Source: Escherichia coli (GTDB taxonomy: Bacteria > Pseudomonadota > Gammaproteobacteria > Enterobacterales > Enterobacteriaceae). From it: a stretch of DNA of 64,000 nucleotides. The DNA lies in the NCBI RefSeq assembly GCF_013315695.1, contig NZ_CP054353.1; one strand, written 5' to 3'. Positions 52,211-64,000 of this stretch are shown one piece after another. Below the pieces are notes generated by a model. The model did no database searches, was not told the DNA's origin, and saw only the letters and a list, made by a program, of their open reading frames with translations. Each line of letters begins with the position of its first letter. The stretch's first letter is position 1. A program made the translations under genes and the position numbers.

Positions 52211-52711
52211 ATGACAGAATCAACATCCCGTCGCCCGGCATATGCTCGCCTGTTGGATCGTGCGGTACGCATTCTGGCGGTGCGCGATCACAGTGAGCAA
52301 GAACTGCGGCGTAAACTCGCGGCACCGATTATGGGCAAAAATGGCCCGGAAGAGATTGATGCCACGGCAGAAGATTACGAGCGTGTTATTGCCTGGTGCC
52401 ATGAACATGGCTATCTTGATGACAGCCGATTTGTTGCGCGCTTTATCGCCAGCCGTAGCCGCAAAGGTTATGGACCTGCGCGTATTCGTCAGGAACTGAA
52501 TCAGAAAGGTATTTCCCGCGAAGCGACAGAAAAAGCGATGCGTGAATGTGACATCGACTGGTGCGCACTGGCGCGCGATCAGGCGACGCGAAAATATGGC
52601 GAACCTTTGCCAACTGTCTTTTCAGAAAAAGTTAAGATCCAGCGTTTTCTGCTCTATCGTGGCTATCTGATGGAAGATATCCAGGATATTTGGCGAAATT
52701 TTGCCGACTGA
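52211..52711 (+). CDS. recX: RecA inhibitor RecX
   Basis: 166 aa; immediately downstream of recA. Confidence 0.9.
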   Translation: MTESTSRRPAYARLLDRAVRILAVRDHSEQELRRKLAAPIMGKNGPEEIDATAEDYERVIAWCHEHGYLDDSRFVARFIASRSRKGYGPARIRQELNQKGISREATEKAMRECDIDWCALARDQATRKYGEPLPTVFSEKVKIQRFLLYRGYLMEDIQDIWRNFAD

Positions 52712-52839
52712 ACGCATACGGGATTTTACTTCCCAGTCAAGAAAACTTATCTTATTCCCACTTTTCAGTTACCAGCCGGGCGGTTAACGACACGCAACGG
52801 CTGGTAGCGATATTTCGTTAGCTTGATTTCAGGATAATT

Positions 52840-55470
52840 ATGAGCAAGAGCACCGCTGAGATCCGTCAGGCGTTTCTCGACTTTTTCCATAGTAAGGGAC
52901 ATCAGGTAGTTGCCAGCAGCTCCCTGGTACCCCATAACGACCCAACTTTGTTGTTTACCAACGCCGGGATGAACCAGTTCAAGGATGTGTTCCTTGGGCT
53001 CGACAAGCGTAATTATTCCCGCGCTACCACTTCCCAACGCTGCGTGCGTGCGGGTGGTAAACACAACGACCTGGAAAACGTCGGTTACACCGCGCGTCAC
53101 CATACCTTCTTCGAAATGCTGGGCAACTTCAGCTTCGGCGACTATTTCAAACACGATGCCATTCAGTTTGCATGGGAACTGCTGACCAGCGAAAAATGGT
53201 TTGCCCTGCCGAAAGAGCGTCTGTGGGTTACCGTCTATGAAAGCGACGACGAAGCCTACGAAATCTGGGAAAAAGAAGTAGGGATCCCGCGCGAACGTAT
53301 TATTCGCATCGGCGATAACAAAGGTGCGCCATACGCATCTGACAACTTCTGGCAGATGGGTGACACTGGTCCGTGCGGCCCGTGCACCGAAATCTTCTAC
53401 GATCACGGCGACCACATTTGGGGTGGCCCTCCGGGAAGTCCGGAAGAAGACGGCGACCGCTACATTGAGATCTGGAACATCGTCTTCATGCAGTTCAACC
53501 GCCAGGCCGATGGCACGATGGAACCGCTGCCGAAGCCGTCTGTAGATACCGGTATGGGGCTGGAGCGTATTGCTGCGGTGCTGCAACACGTTAACTCTAA
53601 CTATGACATCGACCTGTTCCGTACGCTGATCCAGGCGGTAGCGAAAGTCACTGGCGCGACCGATTTGAGCAACAAATCGCTGCGCGTAATCGCTGACCAC
53701 ATTCGTTCTTGTGCGTTCCTGATCGCGGATGGCGTAATGCCGTCCAACGAAAACCGTGGTTATGTACTGCGTCGTATCATTCGTCGCGCAGTGCGTCACG
53801 GCAATATGCTGGGCGCGAAAGAAACCTTCTTCTACAAACTGGTTGGTCCGCTGATCGACGTTATGGGCTCTGCGGGTGAAGACCTGAAACGCCAGCAGGC
53901 GCAGGTTGAGCAGGTGCTGAAGACTGAAGAAGAGCAGTTTGCCCGTACTCTGGAGCGCGGTCTGGCGCTGCTGGACGAAGAGCTGGCAAAACTTTCTGGT
54001 GATACGCTGGATGGTGAAACGGCTTTCCGTCTGTACGACACCTATGGCTTCCCGGTTGACCTGACGGCTGATGTTTGTCGTGAGCGCAACATCAAAGTTG
54101 ACGAAGCTGGATTTGAAGCAGCAATGGAAGAGCAGCGTCGTCGTGCGCGCGAAGCCAGCGGCTTTGGTGCCGATTACAACGCAATGATCCGTGTTGACAG
54201 TGCATCTGAATTTAAAGGCTATGACCATCTGGAACTGAACGGCAAAGTGACCGCGCTGTTTGTTGATGGTAAAGCGGTTGATGCCATCAATGCAGGCCAG
54301 GAAGCTGTGGTCGTGCTGGATCAAACGCCATTCTATGCGGAATCCGGCGGTCAGGTTGGTGATAAAGGCGAACTGAAAGGCGCTAACTTCTCCTTTGCGG
54401 TGGAAGATACGCAGAAATACGGCCAGGCGATTGGTCACATCGGTAAACTTGCTGCGGGTTCTCTGAAAGTGGGCGACGCGGTGCAGGCGGATGTTGATGA
54501 AGCTCGTCGCGCCCGTATTCGTCTGAATCACTCCGCAACGCACCTGATGCACGCGGCGTTGCGCCAGGTTCTGGGTACTCATGTATCGCAGAAAGGTTCA
54601 CTGGTTAACGACAAAGTGCTGCGCTTCGACTTCTCACACAACGAAGCGATGAAACCAGAAGAGATTCGTGCGGTCGAAGACCTGGTGAACGCACAGATTC
54701 GCCGTAACTTGCCGATCGAAACCAACATCATGGATCTCGAAGCGGCGAAAGCGAAAGGTGCGATGGCGCTGTTTGGCGAGAAGTATGATGAGCGCGTACG
54801 CGTGCTGAGCATGGGTGATTTCTCCACCGAGTTGTGTGGCGGTACTCACGCCAGCCGCACTGGTGATATTGGTCTGTTCCGCATCATCTCTGAATCGGGT
54901 ACTGCTGCAGGCGTTCGTCGTATTGAAGCGGTAACCGGAGAAGGCGCTATCGCCACCGTTCATGCAGACAGTGATCGCTTAAGCGAAGTCGCGCATCTGC
55001 TGAAAGGCGATAGCAATAATCTGGCTGATAAAGTGCGTTCAGTACTGGAACGTACGCGTCAGCTGGAAAAAGAGTTACAACAGCTTAAAGAACAAGCTGC
55101 CGCACAGGAGAGCGCAAATCTTTCCAGTAAGGCAATTGATGTTAATGGTGTTAAGCTGTTGGTTAGCGAGCTTAGCGGTGTTGAGCCGAAAATGTTGCGT
55201 ACCATGGTTGACGATTTAAAAAATCAGCTGGGGTCGACAATTATCGTGCTGGCAACGGTAGTCGAAGGTAAGGTTTCTCTGATTGCAGGCGTATCTAAGG
55301 ACGTCACAGATCGTGTGAAAGCAGGGGAACTGATTGGTATGGTCGCTCAGCAGGTGGGCGGCAAGGGTGGTGGACGTCCTGACATGGCGCAAGCCGGTGG
55401 TACGGATGCTGCGGCCTTACCTGCAGCGTTAGCCAGTGTGAAAGGCTGGGTCAGCGCGAAATTGCAATAA
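52840..55470 (+). CDS. alaS: alanine--tRNA ligase
   Basis: 876 aa; class II aaRS; start [16 protein letters not shown]. Confidence 0.95.
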   Translation: MSKSTAEIRQAFLDFFHSKGHQVVASSSLVPHNDPTLLFTNAGMNQFKDVFLGLDKRNYSRATTSQRCVRAGGKHNDLENVGYTARHHTFFEMLGNFSFGDYFKHDAIQFAWELLTSEKWFALPKERLWVTVYESDDEAYEIWEKEVGIPRERIIRIGDNKGAPYASDNFWQMGDTGPCGPCTEIFYDHGDHIWGGPPGSPEEDGDRYIEIWNIVFMQFNRQADGTMEPLPKPSVDTGMGLERIAAVLQHVNSNYDIDLFRTLIQAVAKVTGATDLSNKSLRVIADHIRSCAFLIADGVMPSNENRGYVLRRIIRRAVRHGNMLGAKETFFYKLVGPLIDVMGSAGEDLKRQQAQVEQVLKTEEEQFARTLERGLALLDEELAKLSGDTLDGETAFRLYDTYGFPVDLTADVCRERNIKVDEAGFEAAMEEQRRRAREASGFGADYNAMIRVDSASEFKGYDHLELNGKVTALFVDGKAVDAINAGQEAVVVLDQTPFYAESGGQVGDKGELKGANFSFAVEDTQKYGQAIGHIGKLAAGSLKVGDAVQADVDEARRARIRLNHSATHLMHAALRQVLGTHVSQKGSLVNDKVLRFDFSHNEAMKPEEIRAVEDLVNAQIRRNLPIETNIMDLEAAKAKGAMALFGEKYDERVRVLSMGDFSTELCGGTHASRTGDIGLFRIISESGTAAGVRRIEAVTGEGAIATVHADSDRLSEVAHLLKGDSNNLADKVRSVLERTRQLEKELQQLKEQAAAQESANLSSKAIDVNGVKLLVSELSGVEPKMLRTMVDDLKNQLGSTIIVLATVVEGKVSLIAGVSKDVTDRVKAGELIGMVAQQVGGKGGGRPDMAQAGGTDAAALPAALASVKGWVSAKLQ

Positions 55471-55704
55471 TATAAGCGTCAGGCAATGCCGTGGACTCGC
55501 TTCACGGCATTCGCATTAACGCTATCGACAACGATAAAGTCAGGTTGAAGTTGTGTATATCGGCTAAACTTAGGTTTAACAGAATGTAATGCCATGACTG
55601 CTTAGATGTAATGTGTTTGTCATTGCTTACTTTTTGGCGTTATATGATGGATAATGCCGGGATACAGAGAGACCCGACTCTTTTAATCTTTCAAGGAGCA
55701 AAGA

Positions 55705-55890
55705 ATGCTGATTCTGACTCGTCGAGTTGGTGAGACCCTCATGATTGGGGATGAGGTCACCGTGACAGTTTTAGGGGTAAAGGGCAACCAGGTACGTATT
55801 GGCGTAAATGCCCCGAAGGAAGTTTCTGTTCACCGTGAAGAGATCTACCAGCGTATCCAGGCTGAAAAATCCCAGCAGTCCAGTTACTAA
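55705..55890 (+). CDS. csrA: carbon storage regulator CsrA
   Basis: 61 aa: [48 protein letters not shown]. Confidence 0.95.
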
Positions 55891-56205
55891 TCTTTCCGCG
55901 TCTCATCTTTATCGGTGAGACGCACCCTCAAAATTTCTCCTTCACTCTATAGTCTTTTCGCTTTACTCCCGTTCATTCAACTTAAGTCTCCATTTTTTTG
56001 CATTACTGCTATCTGTCAGACCTCCGTTTTTCTGTTGATAAAACACTCTTTTTGACGTTTTTACAGACTAATTGAGCGTGAAGTGTGCAAACGATAAAAG
56101 TGTGGGAAAAATTGTTTGACTTATAAGTCTCAGAAAGTAATATGTGCGCCACGCAGCGACGATGAGCGATAAACAAGCTCTTCGAAGCACTCGTAAGAGG
56201 CGTGT

Positions 56206-56298
56206 GGTGAGGTGGCCGAGAGGCTGAAGGCGCTCCCCTGCTAAGGGAGTATGCGGTCAAAAGCTGCATCCGGGGTTCGAATCCCCGCCTCACCGCCA
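56206..56298 (+). tRNA. serV: tRNA-Ser (GCU)
   Basis: 93-nt sequence with long variable arm, anticodon loop cuGCUaa, 3' CCA encoded. Confidence 0.9.
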
Positions 56299-56301
56299 TT
56301 T

Positions 56302-56378
56302 GCATCCGTAGCTCAGCTGGATAGAGTACTCGGCTACGAACCGAGCGGTCGGAGGTTCGAATCCTCCCGGATGCACCA
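56302..56378 (+). tRNA. argV: tRNA-Arg (ACG), copy 1
   Basis: 77 nt gcatccgtagctcagctggatagagtactcggctACGaaccgag...gatgcacca; symbol assignment among the four copies is by K-12 order only. Confidence 0.9.
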
Positions 56379-56440
56379 TCTCTTACTTGATATGGCTTTA
56401 GTAGCGGTATCAATATCAGCAGTAAAATAAATTTCCCGAT

Positions 56441-56517
56441 GCATCCGTAGCTCAGCTGGATAGAGTACTCGGCTACGAACCGAGCGGTCGGAGGTTCGAA
56501 TCCTCCCGGATGCACCA
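56441..56517 (+). tRNA. argY: tRNA-Arg (ACG), copy 2
   Basis: Identical 77-nt tRNA; 139-bp repeat period. Confidence 0.9.
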
Positions 56518-56579
56518 TCTCTTACTTGATATGGCTTTAGTAGCGGTATCAATATCAGCAGTAAAATAAATTTCCCGAT

Positions 56580-56656
56580 GCATCCGTAGCTCAGCTGGAT
56601 AGAGTACTCGGCTACGAACCGAGCGGTCGGAGGTTCGAATCCTCCCGGATGCACCA
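56580..56656 (+). tRNA. argZ: tRNA-Arg (ACG), copy 3
   Basis: Identical 77-nt tRNA; identical 62-bp spacer. Confidence 0.9.
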
Positions 56657-56718
56657 TCTCTTACTTGATATGGCTTTAGTAGCGGTATCAATATCAGCAG
56701 TAAAATAAATTTCCCGAT

Positions 56719-56795
56719 GCATCCGTAGCTCAGCTGGATAGAGTACTCGGCTACGAACCGAGCGGTCGGAGGTTCGAATCCTCCCGGATGCACCA
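56719..56795 (+). tRNA. argQ: tRNA-Arg (ACG), copy 4
   Basis: Identical 77-nt tRNA. Confidence 0.9.
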
Positions 56796-56888
56796 TATTC
56801 TCCGAAATCTTCAGCAATGAAGGTATCGAAGAGGTAGCGATATTAACCGCACGCCAGCAGCGGCCCGAAGGGCGAACGCCAGTGAGTC

Positions 56889-56910
56889 ATCCTCCCGGAT
56901 GCACCATATT
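56889..56910 (+). repeat. 22-nt direct repeat of the tRNA-Arg 3' end (orphan acceptor-arm fragment)
   Basis: atcctcccggatgcaccatatt duplicates 56778..56799 of copy 4, 89 bp downstream. Confidence 0.7.
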
Positions 56911-57053
56911 ATCCAAAAAATTTCCTTCAAAAATATCTCATTTCTAAATAACTACTTTATCCATTTCCTGAATTTTCTTCTCCTTCGCCATCAGCGACAA
57001 AATCAAGCAATTACGCTAAAGTAGCGTCATATTTTTCGACTTGCGAGAAGACC

Positions 57054-57620
57054 ATGTACGAGCGTTATGCAGGTTTAATTTTTGATATGGATGGCACCAT
57101 CCTGGATACCGAGCCTACGCACCGTAAAGCGTGGCGCGAAGTATTAGGGCACTACGGTCTTCAGTACGATGTTCAGGCGATGATTGCGCTTAATGGCTCG
57201 CCCACCTGGCGTATTGCTCAGGCAATTATTGAGCTGAATCAGGCCGATCTCGACCCGCATGCGTTAGCGCGTGAAAAAACAGAAGCAGTAAGAAGTATGC
57301 TGCTGGATAGTGTCGAGCCGCTTCCTCTTGTTGAAGTGGTGAAAAGTTGGCATGGTCGTCGCCCAATGGCTGTAGGAACGGGGAGTGAAAGCGCCATCGC
57401 TGAGGCATTGCTGGCGCACCTGGGATTACGCCGTTATTTTGACGCCGTCGTCGCTGCCGATCACGTCAAACACCATAAACCCGCGCCAGACACATTTTTG
57501 TTGTGCGCGCAGCGTATGGGCGTGCAACCGACACAGTGTGTGGTCTTTGAAGATGCCGATTTCGGTATTCAGGCGGCCCGTGCAGCAGGCATGGACGCTG
57601 TGGATGTTCGCTTGCTGTGA
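57054..57620 (+). CDS. yqaB: HAD-family sugar phosphatase (fructose-1-phosphatase)
   Basis: 188 aa; HAD motif I FDMDGTILDT. Confidence 0.9.
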   Translation: MYERYAGLIFDMDGTILDTEPTHRKAWREVLGHYGLQYDVQAMIALNGSPTWRIAQAIIELNQADLDPHALAREKTEAVRSMLLDSVEPLPLVEVVKSWHGRRPMAVGTGSESAIAEALLAHLGLRRYFDAVVAADHVKHHKPAPDTFLLCAQRMGVQPTQCVVFEDADFGIQAARAAGMDAVDVRLL

Positions 57621-58045
57621 GTGAAGCGTTATCGCTTTTCTCGTTGTTTGCCAGTAGTTTTCTCAGCGCTACACTATTACCCGGCAACTCCGAAGTCGTG
57701 CTGGTGGCAATGTTGCTTTCCGGGATCAGTCATCCCTGGGTTTTAGTTTTAACAGCAACAATGGGTAATAGCCTTGGAGGGTTAACTAACGTTATCCTTG
57801 GGCGTTTCTTTCCATTGCGTAAAACATCGCGCTGGCAAGAGAAAGCTACCGGCTGGCTGAAACGCTATGGTGCAGTCACGCTATTATTAAGCTGGATGCC
57901 CGTGGTTGGCGATTTACTGTGTCTGTTAGCGGGATGGATGCGCATCTCGTGGGGACCGGTAATCTTTTTTTTGTGCCTTGGTAAAGCGTTACGCTATGTT
58001 GCAGTTGCAGCAGCTACCGTTCAGGGCATGATGTGGTGGCACTAA
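57617..58045 (+). CDS. yqaA: DedA/YqaA-family inner membrane protein
   Basis: 142 aa hydrophobic; overlaps the yqaB stop. Confidence 0.85.
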   Translation: MSEALSLFSLFASSFLSATLLPGNSEVVLVAMLLSGISHPWVLVLTATMGNSLGGLTNVILGRFFPLRKTSRWQEKATGWLKRYGAVTLLLSWMPVVGDLLCLLAGWMRISWGPVIFFLCLGKALRYVAVAAATVQGMMWWH

Positions 58046-58090
58046 TTGTAGGCCTGCACATATGGTCACCATTACAGTTATGCTAATTAA

Positions 58091-59674
<1,584 letters not shown>

Positions 59675-59682
59675 CAGAAAAG

Positions 59683-59755
59683 AAAAAGGCCACTCGTGAG
59701 TGGCCAAAATTTCATCTCTGAATTCAGGGATGATGATAACAAATGCGCGTCTTTC
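59683..59755 (-). ncRNA. micA: MicA (SraD) Hfq-dependent sRNA
   Basis: Minus strand reads gaaagacgcgcatttgttatcatcatccctgaattcagagatgaaattttggccactcacgagtggccttttt, the MicA sequence as I recall it, between gshA and luxS. Confidence 0.85.
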
Positions 59756-59823
59756 ATATACTCAGACTCGCCTGGGAAGAAAGAGTTCAGAAAATTTTTA
59801 AAAAAATTACCGGAGGTGGCTAA

Positions 59824-60339
59824 ATGCCGTTGTTAGATAGCTTCACAGTCGATCATACCCGGATGGAAGCGCCTGCAGTTCGGGTGGCGAAAACAATGAA
59901 CACCCCGCATGGCGACGCAATCACCGTGTTCGATCTGCGCTTCTGCGTGCCGAACAAAGAAGTGATGCCAGAAAGAGGGATCCATACCCTGGAGCACCTG
60001 TTTGCTGGTTTTATGCGTAACCATCTTAACGGTAATGGCGTAGAGATTATCGATATCTCGCCAATGGGCTGCCGCACCGGTTTTTATATGAGTCTGATTG
60101 GTACGCCAGATGAGCAGCGTGTCGCTGATGCCTGGAAAGCGGCAATGGAAGACGTGCTGAAAGTGCAGGATCAGAATCAGATCCCGGAACTGAACGTCTA
60201 CCAGTGTGGCACTTACCAGATGCACTCGTTGCAGGAAGCGCAGGATATTGCGCGTAACATTCTGGAACGTGACGTGCGCATCAACAGCAACGAAGAACTG
60301 GCGCTGCCGAAAGAGAAGTTGCAGGAACTGCACATCTAG
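59824..60339 (+). CDS. luxS: S-ribosylhomocysteine lyase (AI-2 synthase)
   Basis: 171 aa starting [14 protein letters not shown]; HTLEH metal motif. Confidence 0.95.
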   Translation: MPLLDSFTVDHTRMEAPAVRVAKTMNTPHGDAITVFDLRFCVPNKEVMPERGIHTLEHLFAGFMRNHLNGNGVEIIDISPMGCRTGFYMSLIGTPDEQRVADAWKAAMEDVLKVQDQNQIPELNVYQCGTYQMHSLQEAQDIARNILERDVRINSNEELALPKEKLQELHI

Positions 60340-60370
60340 TCAGTAAACTATCTTCACAATTAATTGAAAA

Positions 60371-60394
60371 AAGCCAGTTCAAATGAACTGGCTT
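60371..60394. terminator. Bidirectional hairpin terminator between luxS and emrB
   Basis: aagccagttca-aa-tgaactggctt perfect 11-bp stem between convergent genes, with an A-run upstream. Confidence 0.65.
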
Positions 60395-60402
60395 AGTTGT
60401 AC

Positions 60403-61941
60403 TTAGTGCGCACCGCCTCCGCCGCCACCTGCGCCAAATGGCGGTTTAGCAAACCACACCAGCCCCAGCAAGACGAGGAATATCCCGGCTGACATCCAGA
60501 AGATCTCATTGGCGGAAATAATCAGCCCCTGATTGGTGATCTGCTGGGCAATCCAGCCTGATGCCTGCTGTTGCGTCATCCCAAGCCCTTCCAGTTGACT
60601 GTACATCGCCTGGGCATTCGGGTTGAACGGGTTTACCGACTCAGTCAACTGCGCATGGTGCAGCGACTCGTGGTTGGTCCACATAGTCGTGGTTATCGAT
60701 GTGCCGATAGACCCCGCCAGCGTTCGCGTAAAGTTGGAGAGGCTCGATGCTGCCGCCAGTCGTTCCGGTGGCAAACCGGACAGCGTAATGGTGGTTAGCG
60801 GCATAAAGAAGCAGGCCACCGCAAAACCCTGGATAAACTGCGGCCAGGCCGACGCGCCAAAATCCATACCCGGTTCAAAGGTATAGGCACGCCAGTAGAA
60901 GCAGACGGCATACATAATAAAGCTGAAGGTTACCAGCCGCCGCATATCCAGTTTATGCGCGAAGCGGCCGATAATCGGCGACAGGATCACCGGAATAATT
61001 CCTACCGGCGCAGAGGCCAGACCTGCCCACGTTGCCGTGTAACCGTAGACCTCCTGCAACAACTGCGGCAGCAGAACAATCGCGCCGAAGTAGAGCATAT
61101 ACGCGAGGCTGATACACAAGCAGCCGATGGTGAAGTTGCGCGACTTAAACAACGACAGATCGACTATCGGGTTATCGTCGGTCAGCTCCCAGACAATCAG
61201 GAAGCAGATAGCCACCACCGCCACCACGGTGAGGATGATAATTTCCTGTGATGAGAACCAGTCCAGCTCTTTACCGCGGTCGAGCATAATCTGCAGGCTG
61301 CCGATACCAATAACCAGCAGTGCCAGCCCCACGGCATCAATCCGCCGCCGTTCGGTGCGGGTTTCACGTCCGCGCAGAGTTTGCAGTGTCATCAACACCA
61401 CCGCCACGCCAATCGGCACGTTGATGAAGAATATCCAGCCCCAGTGGTAATTATCGCTGATATACCCACCGAGGATCGGGCCGCAAATTGGCGCGACAAT
61501 CACCGTCATTGACCACAACGCCAGCGCGATCGAGCGTTTGGCTGGCGGGTAGTTATTCAGCAATAGACTTTGCGAAAGCGGGATCAGCGGCCCGGCGACA
61601 ATCCCCTGAATCACGCGGAAGAAGATCAGCATATTCAGGCTGCTGGAGACACCACATGCCCACGACGCAATAGCGAAGGCGATGGTGGACCAGAGGAACA
61701 GTTTCACTTCCCCGACGCGCTTTGCCAGCCAGCCGGTAAGCGGGATCGAGATGGCATTCGCCACCCCGAAAGAAGTGATTACCCACGTTCCCTGGCTGAG
61801 CGATGAGCCCAGATTCCCGGCGATAGTGGGGATCGCCACGTTAGCAATGGTGGAGTCCAGCACCTGCATGAATGTCGCCAGTGACAGCGCAATTGTCATA
61901 ATGACCAGTTGTGCGCCTTCCAGCGGTTTTTGCTGTTGCAT
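60403..61941 (-). CDS. emrB: MFS multidrug efflux pump EmrB
   Basis: 512 aa from MQQQKPLEGAQLVIMTIALSLATFMQVLD; 14-TMS MFS. Confidence 0.9.
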   Translation of the reverse strand: MQQQKPLEGAQLVIMTIALSLATFMQVLDSTIANVAIPTIAGNLGSSLSQGTWVITSFGVANAISIPLTGWLAKRVGEVKLFLWSTIAFAIASWACGVSSSLNMLIFFRVIQGIVAGPLIPLSQSLLLNNYPPAKRSIALALWSMTVIVAPICGPILGGYISDNYHWGWIFFINVPIGVAVVLMTLQTLRGRETRTERRRIDAVGLALLVIGIGSLQIMLDRGKELDWFSSQEIIILTVVAVVAICFLIVWELTDDNPIVDLSLFKSRNFTIGCLCISLAYMLYFGAIVLLPQLLQEVYGYTATWAGLASAPVGIIPVILSPIIGRFAHKLDMRRLVTFSFIMYAVCFYWRAYTFEPGMDFGASAWPQFIQGFAVACFFMPLTTITLSGLPPERLAAASSLSNFTRTLAGSIGTSITTTMWTNHESLHHAQLTESVNPFNPNAQAMYSQLEGLGMTQQQASGWIAQQITNQGLIISANEIFWMSAGIFLVLLGLVWFAKPPFGAGGGGGGAH

Positions 61942-61957
61942 CACACGCACCTCTGGA

Positions 61958-63130
61958 TTAGCCAGCGTTAGCTTTTACGATATCGTCGATCAGTTTATTG
62001 ACAGGTGCCAGGCTGATTTCACGCGCGGTGCTTACCGCGACCGGTGTGGAACGTACTTTGTTTGCCAGTACCTGACCGTCACGGTTAGTGGTATTGACAC
62101 TCACCAGCGTGGATAAACCGATACGCAGCGGGTATTGCTCCAGCTGTTTCTGGTCCAGTTCAATACGCACAGGCAGACGCTGAACGACTTTGATCCAGTT
62201 ACCGGTGGCGTTTTGCGCCGGAAGCAGTGAGAACGCGCTACCTGTGCCCATATCCAGACCAACCACTTTTCCGGTGTATTTCACATCATCGCCGTAAATA
62301 TCGGTGGTGATGGTGACCGGCTGACCGATACGCATATTGGCAATCTGCGTCTCTTTAAAGTTGGCATCCACCCACATATTGGTGGCTGGAACGACCGCCA
62401 TCAGCGGCGTCGTTGGGCTAATTTGCGCCCCAGGCTGTACCGCGCGGCGGGAGACATAACCGGTCATCGGACTGACAATACGGGTACGCTCCAGCGCCAG
62501 CCAGGCGTTACGTACTTCGGTGGCAGCCTGTTGTACGGCAGGCTGATCTTCCAGTTTCGTCCCCAGAATCATCGCCTGATTGGCATTGTATTGTTGAATA
62601 GCGACGTCCAGTTGCGCCTGGGCACTGGTGACGGCGTCGCGGGCGTGTTGCAGCTCTTCGCGACCAATCAGGTTGGCATTGCCCAGCGGCACACGGCGGT
62701 TGTAGTCGCTTTGTGCTTTCGCGAGGGCGATTTTTTGCACCTCAATATTCGCCTGCAACTGTTTGCTGTTAATCATCAGCTGGTGGGTTTGGCGAACGCT
62801 GGAAGCCAGTGCAGTTTTGGCTTTTTCAAACGCCTGGCGAGCATCTGTCGGGTCGAGAGTGACCAGCACGTCGCCTTCTTTTACAAAATCGGTGTTATCG
62901 GCCCAGACTTTCGTCACGCTGCCAGACACCTGAGACATAATTTGAATCTGATTCCCTGCCACGTATGCGTCATCGGTTTCTTCGAAATGACGCAGTACTA
63001 AAAACCAATAAATCCCTATCGCTACGGCAATAATTATAAAGAGCAAGGTGAGAAGGAGGAGCAGACGCTTACGTTTGCCGCTCTTCTTTACCGGTTGCTG
63101 CGGGGTTTGAGTCTCCGCATTTGCGCTCAT
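61958..63130 (-). CDS. emrA: multidrug efflux membrane fusion protein EmrA
   Basis: 390 aa from MSANAETQTPQQPVKK; single N-terminal TM then coiled-coil/HlyD-like domain. Confidence 0.9.
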   Translation of the reverse strand: MSANAETQTPQQPVKKSGKRKRLLLLLTLLFIIIAVAIGIYWFLVLRHFEETDDAYVAGNQIQIMSQVSGSVTKVWADNTDFVKEGDVLVTLDPTDARQAFEKAKTALASSVRQTHQLMINSKQLQANIEVQKIALAKAQSDYNRRVPLGNANLIGREELQHARDAVTSAQAQLDVAIQQYNANQAMILGTKLEDQPAVQQAATEVRNAWLALERTRIVSPMTGYVSRRAVQPGAQISPTTPLMAVVPATNMWVDANFKETQIANMRIGQPVTITTDIYGDDVKYTGKVVGLDMGTGSAFSLLPAQNATGNWIKVVQRLPVRIELDQKQLEQYPLRIGLSTLVSVNTTNRDGQVLANKVRSTPVAVSTAREISLAPVNKLIDDIVKANAG

Positions 63131-63256
63131 ATTGTTCTCCACGATCTTCTTAACTCATCGGCTGAGCCGACCTGCTTGCCAAAAAGGCCAGCATGTTGCG
63201 ATGCTGGCCGGTTATTTTTTCTTTTATAAATCTGGATTTTTGAGCGAGATGACGCG

Positions 63257-63787
63257 TTAGCTCATCGCTTCGAGAACCACACCGTCTTGTTCCATCTGGT
63301 CGAGACGGGAGAGCAATTTGCGGGTGATTTGCTCGAGCTGATCTTTTTCTGTTGTGCTGAGCGCGGACCAGAGTTGATGCAGGCAGTTATGCTGCGGTGG
63401 TAAAACCTCGCGCAAAAACTCGTGACCTTTTTCCGTTAATTGCAGATGCAGGCAGCGGCGATCGTTATCGCTTTCACGACGTTCGATCCAACCGCGTTTT
63501 TCCAGTTCATCGGCAATACGCGTCGCGTTGGTACGGGATGATCCAAGAGCACAACTCAATTCAGAAGGCTGAATACTGTGGTTTTCCTGAGACTCCAGCG
63601 TAATCAACGCCATAAACAACGTCTCGTTAATCCCCTGAGCCTTCAGCATTTTATTGCGGTTCTCCAGCAGCTTGCTTTGCATATGCATGCAAAGACGGGT
63701 CAGAAGGATCTCCTGATAAGGAAAATCTTCGTGGCGGCTGGCGCGAAATTTTAGCATTTGTTCAATGGGCGTAAACGAACTATCCAT
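63257..63787 (-). CDS. mprA: MarR-family repressor of emrAB
   Basis: 176 aa; MarR winged helix; immediately upstream of emrA. Confidence 0.9.
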
Positions 63788-63877
63788 TTGGGTATGACCT
63801 CATTAATTTCAGCCGATATAGTAACGACAGTGACAAATAAAGTAAATGTATTGTTTTAGAAAAATGATTCTTGTGGG

Positions 63878-64000
63878 TTATATAATCGCCATCACTTTCC
63901 AGGCGAGCCCGTAGGCCAGCGCACTAAGCAGTGTTGGGATGATAATGCTGCGTGTTTTATAGAAACTGGCACCCAGTACCGCGAAGCCGACCAGCGTGGG
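63878..64000 (-). CDS. ygaH: AzlD-like branched-chain amino acid exporter subunit, 3' end only (5' end outside window)
   Basis: Minus-strand frame is open to the window edge and ends ...[36 protein letters not shown]-stop; hydrophobic; position upstream of mprA. Confidence 0.6.

Noticed and set aside
52765-54582. 605-aa ORF on the minus strand
   Set aside because: Antisense to alaS; low-complexity Arg/Val/Phe-rich translation typical of reverse-strand artefacts.
56009-56817. Three overlapping minus-strand ORFs (169, 107 and 114 aa) with near-identical sequences
   Set aside because: They lie across the tRNA-Ser/tRNA-Arg array; the identity comes from translating the repeated tRNA genes and spacers, not from coding sequence.
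56302-56910. Possible CRISPR array (regularly spaced identical repeats)
   Set aside because: The repeats are complete 77-nt tRNA-Arg genes, the spacers are identical to each other rather than unique, and no cas genes are nearby.

Overview
This window is Escherichia coli-type chromosome, colinear (in inverted orientation) with the K-12 58–61 min region: truD'-surE-pcm-nlpD-rpoS, ygbNMLKJ/ygbI, pphB, mutS, ygbA, fhlA, hypEDCBA, hycABCDEFGHI, ascBFG, hydN-hypF, norWV/norR, gutQ-srlR-gutM-srlDBEA, mltB, pncC, recA-recX-alaS-csrA, a tRNA-Ser plus 4x tRNA-Arg array, yqaB-yqaA-gshA, the MicA sRNA, luxS, emrBA-mprA and the 3' end of ygaH. Almost every ORF of standard length matches a known housekeeping gene; the many antisense ORFs in the track are GC-driven artefacts. 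Three segments look strain-specific relative to my recollection of K-12: (1) a MarR-regulated UbiX/UbiD-type decarboxylase module between rpoS and ygbN, a known polymorphism; (2) a small di-Mop molybdate-binding gene immediately downstream of fhlA; (3) a roughly 0.87 kb insert between hycI and ascB carrying a secreted-protein ORF split by a G8 homopolymer frameshift. None of the three carries transposase or integrase genes. I found no CRISPR array, prophage or IS element, and no convincing large novel system; the most interesting items are the two small insertions bracketing the hyp-hyc-fhlA cluster and a duplicated tRNA-Arg 3' end. All homology statements are from reading the translations, not from database searches.
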